This document shows positions 60,133 to 64,000 of a stretch of DNA of 64,000 nt, one piece after another (the stretch's first letter is position 1; the number at the start of each line of letters is the position of its first letter). This stretch comes from Tubulanus polymorphus (Eukaryota > Animalia > Nemertea): the NCBI RefSeq assembly GCF_964204645.1, contig NC_134030.1, positions 19,490,210 through 19,554,209 of the forward strand, written 5' to 3'. Under the pieces are notes generated by a model that saw nothing but the letters and a program-made list of their open reading frames with translations, did no database searches and was not told the origin of the DNA. The translations under genes were made by a program, and so were the position numbers.

Positions 60133-62140
60133 TTAAAGACATGGTCTCGAACAAATAGCCGGCATTCTTTTGTCGCACTCAACATCGTTCCATTTACCAG
60201 TCGATTTATTCATTTCAACGCAAGGTTCATAAGTATTGAGTTTTTCAGCATGTCCATTCGGTTCTTCAGAAGCCCATAGTGTGAAAGGCTGCGGTAATAT
60301 GAATAAATCAAATCGAATTATTGATAAAAGCGTACAATTGGAACGATACAATTCCAATTGGTACGATAAACGACAACACGCAAACTATGCGCTATTTTTG
60401 TTTAGTTAACTCTTAGCTCTACCATATGTCGAGGCAGAATTTCGATTGAACGTATTACCGTTTATGGAATCTGCGTCTGGAATTACTCTCTACCAGCCCC
60501 TTCTATGAGGTTGATAGATGCTTTTACGGAATTAGGAATAGGGTCTACTCTATAGTCGAAACAAAAGCGCCAGAAGAGAATTCCAGAATCGACGGAGACT
60601 GATCTAGACGAATGCATTTTCCCGGGCTACACGTGTTTTTCATTTGTTTTTCTACACGTGTTTTTCAATTGATGGGTCGAAAAGGGTTGACCAAATCAGT
60701 TTTCCCCATACCTTGACTTCTTCCACTCTGCTTCTCCTTCGATCCCTGGGTATTAGGGTGGGTGAACGGAAAGAATGGCCAAGGAGGGAGTGGCCAAGGT
60801 ATTTGCCTTTGAAAAAATGGCCAAGGAAGATTACATATAAAACTAACCATCATTTCATTGACAAGAAATCAAATGCATTGCTATTTCGACATGTCACTTT
60901 TGGGGATTATTAGACCTATTCCTGGGTTAGTTTACTAGGTAAAATTACGATGAGCATATCTCACTTCGATGTTATCAGACACTACACCAGTTTGCTATAT
61001 AAATTACCACATAATTTCAATGCACTTACCTTTGAGCTTACTTAGATGTTTTGAAATATTAGTTTAGTTAATTTGTTAAGTTTAAGTTTATCACTATTAA
61101 GTTTATCCATTGCCCACTTGCATGATAGTTCTTTCATAATAGTTCTTTATATATTCATTATATGTAATGAATATTCATATGTATATTCATTATATGTAAT
61201 GAAATTAAATGTAAGTTCATCAAATTTCTGAACTCATTATACCGATTTTAATTGTTTTCAGCCCCATGAAAAATAACTGATGTCACTAAATCGAAAGCCT
61301 AATGTTTATTAACATTGTCAGTAGTTCTCATAAATTTTCCTTGGCCTTTTTTCCTTGGCCATTCTTTCCTTGACCATTTTTTCCTGGCCATTTTTTCCTT
61401 GGCCATTTTTTCCTACATTCATTAGGGGTGCTCGTATTTAGGACGATTGACTACAAAGACAAAGTCGGAAACAAAGTTTGAGCTGAATTAAACTGGCAAA
61501 GTGGACACTGTCTATTCGTTTACCGGCTATCACATTTGTTATGCACATAACTAATTCAAATGTCAATCGCAGGGGCAGATCCCGGAAAATTGGAAGGCTG
61601 GGATCCAGATGAAAAGAGGCTTTTCTCGGATTAAGGAGCCATGTTATTGGCCACTAGTAGGGTTACATTGACGGTATTAGATCTTTTTGAAGAAACGAAC
61701 CAAAAAGATACAATTTCCGAAGGGTGAATGTCAAAGTTGTCTTGACGCAACTTCAATGAAAAGGCACGTGTCCGGACCCCCTAAATCCGACCCTGAATCG
61801 ATCATGGGAATTTTTCCTACTATCTAGAATTACCATTTTGAATTTCCCCGATTTGATATTTCTCCGAAACCCAAGCCAAACAGTTTGAACGTCTTCAGGT
61901 ATTAGACCTGAAATGATGACAGTTTTGTGTTAGCTGCTTTTTTAAAACACAGCATGTTCAGACATAATAGTACGTTTTAACAGCACGTAAATTTACTTCG
62001 AGCAACTTTGTTTTCCACCTTGCTACGGATCTTGGCCACTTTTGTATCTTTGCAATGTTGGTTTTGCTTGTATAATGGCATAGAAAACATAAAGCATTTT
62101 GATCTTCCAGCTTTCGTCCAACCGGCATCACAAACACACG
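60133..62140 (-). CDS. C-type lectin (long-form CTLD, EPN/WND); 5' exons not resolved
   Basis: Exons 62140-61997 (CVCDAGW..KCFMF..HC..VAKIRSKVEN), 61907-61834 (..TVWLGFRR..GKFKM) and 60288-60133 (PFTLWASEEPN..CVEM..GKWNDVEC..AICSRPCL*). Phases consistent. A micro-exon between the last two cannot be excluded. Confidence 0.88.
60765..61420. mobile_element. MITE with internally repetitive TIRs (AAAAATGGCCAAGG)n
   Basis: TGGCCAAGG repeats at the left end, CCTTGGCCA repeats at the right end. Lies in the lectin intron. Confidence 0.65.
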
Positions 62141-62734
62141 CTGAAACTATATACATAGCAACAAAGTTTAGCGAACATGTCTCACATTTGGTTTACCTGG
62201 GTTTACGGGCCTACTGTGCTTAGTGTTTCTTTCTAAAAGTCAAAGCCTAACCACCGATTGGCCATTATTTGCTCCTGATTCACTAAATTAAATTCTAGTC
62301 TCTTCCATGTGAGTTTTACTATTCAGACTAATTTTGAATTACTGTAACCGGCTGGTTGTTGTTGTATCGGCAGGCTGGCTGGGGAACTAGCACTTACACC
62401 AGCGGTACAGAATTCCATCCACCAGGCACAACAAGGCAGTTAAACCTTATATGTACAATCTTTATTGCATTCCGGAATGAGAATGATTATTATAACTTTA
62501 CATAGGCCTTATATGCAGAATCATGAGTATTATATGAGAACTAGGTGGCAGACAAGTTGTAGACATCAGGACTCACAAACTAACACCTAGTGACATGTTT
62601 GAGAGACATTGATTAATTATTGATGAGCACTGACTATAGCTAATTATTATAACATGTTGATTGCGATTAAAGCACATATCGATACTATATTCATAAGTTA
62701 TTCACATTATTAATATTATTAACAGCCTTAACAG

Positions 62735-63530
62735 AAGTACCTGTTTTAACTTATGGCTGCCAAATATGGGGTTTCAATGAACAAAGAAATCTGGAGAGAA
62801 TCCCTCTCAAATTTTATAAATACCTCCTGGGAGTTAAAAACTCAACACCAGATAATTTTGTATTTAGTGAAATTGGTCAATATCCCATATACATCCAGCA
62901 AAGAATGTTAATTGTGAAATACTGGCTTAATATACTTAAAATACAACCCGAGAAACTAACTAAGCTGATTTACAATCAAATGCTAGATGATATCATACGC
63001 GATCACCGTGTAACTAACTGGGCTTCTTCGGTTAGAGATCTATTGAATGGCCAATTCTGGTTAGACCAGCAAGTTGACAATGAAAAGTGGTTCCTGCACT
63101 CAATCGAAGTTAGAATGCTTGATCAGTTCAAACAGCTATGGCATACTTTTTTCGAAAACTCATCTAAAGCCAAATACTTTCGTGAATTTAAGAAGGGAGT
63201 AATCTATGAATCATATCTAGATTTACCTAAGGAGGTACGCACTAGGATTGCAAGGTTTAGATGTTCTAGTCTTGATCTGTTAGTCGAAACTGGACGTTGG
63301 GCCAGACCTAAGATACCTCATAATAATCGTATTTGCCGATGTTGTAATCGGAATGAAATTGAGGATGAGTACCATTTTGCTTTAATATGTCCTGCATACT
63401 CTGGCTTAAGATTAAGTTAGTATGCATCGAGAACTTACTGGACAAATCCGAACAAAGAAAAATTCATACACTTAATTTCCAGTACCTAGTAAATTATACA
63501 ATCTTTCCACTTTTCTTAGGAAAGCCTTTA
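62735..63530 (+). mobile_element. 3' fragment of non-LTR retrotransposon (RTEX-like) ORF2
   Basis: LTYGCQIWG..KFYKYLLGVK..SEIGQYP..KYW..RFRCSS..L.VETGRW..RICRCC..EIEDEYHFALICPAY C-terminal zinc-knuckle region. RT core absent. Confidence 0.85.
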
Positions 63531-63770
63531 TCATCCGTCTTCAACGGTACGAAGGGTAAATTGATTCAATGATTATAAGAAACGAGTGTATCAAAACTTA
63601 TAAACTATTCATTGTATTGTTGCTTTGATGTTATGAATTACAGCCAACTAAATCGTCGAAAACGTTTTGATTTTAATTATCATACCAATTATCATACCTA
63701 GAAATATGATTGAACTGTGCATTCAATATGAAACCTCTGAGCATTCATTTGTTAATATTCATTAATTTAG

Positions 63771-63872
<102 letters not shown>

Positions 63873-64000
63873 CTACACTATGTGCGCCTTTTGAAATTAA
63901 TTATATAAGAATATGTGCATTATTTTCTTCATTTCCAATGATCTGAAAATATGTTGTATCTCAATACATGTATCACCTTGTGCAAATAAGAATATCTATA

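Noticed and set aside
60460-60605. Possible internal lectin exon on - strand
   Set aside because: Contains stops and matches a dispersed repeat also present at ~35595-35695.

Overview
Eukaryotic, AT-rich, intron-containing invertebrate genomic DNA (lophotrochozoan-like; that assignment is inference). There are no prokaryotic operons, rRNA, bona fide tRNA or CRISPR. By reading splice sites I reconstructed a cluster of small secreted-protein genes that the ORF track only shows in pieces. These are: a 3-exon secreted Ly6/three-finger gene (- strand, 15266-16277); four 4-exon paralogs encoding signal peptide + an unnamed ~170-aa beta-rich domain + PAN/Apple domain (23843-26735, 27972-31949, 37210-40184, 53722-56270); a 5-exon signal + PLAT/LH2-like + PAN gene (43221-46042); an EPN/WND C-type lectin (- strand, 60133-62140+); a degenerate PAN exon; and two decayed copies of an opposite-strand gene. 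The rest is dense with mobile DNA: an L2/Crack-type LINE, an RTEX-like LINE fragment, a Harbinger deletion derivative, many MITEs and SINEs, palindromic Penelope-like remnants with minimal hammerhead ribozymes, and several minisatellites. The least explained items are (i) two divergent members of an AT-rich, hairpin-ended, virus-like insertion family (37291-38077 and 46201-~51906) sharing a covarying terminal hairpin and a homologous unknown ORF, and (ii) the 'variable N-domain + PAN' secreted gene array, which shows exon-bounded homogenisation.
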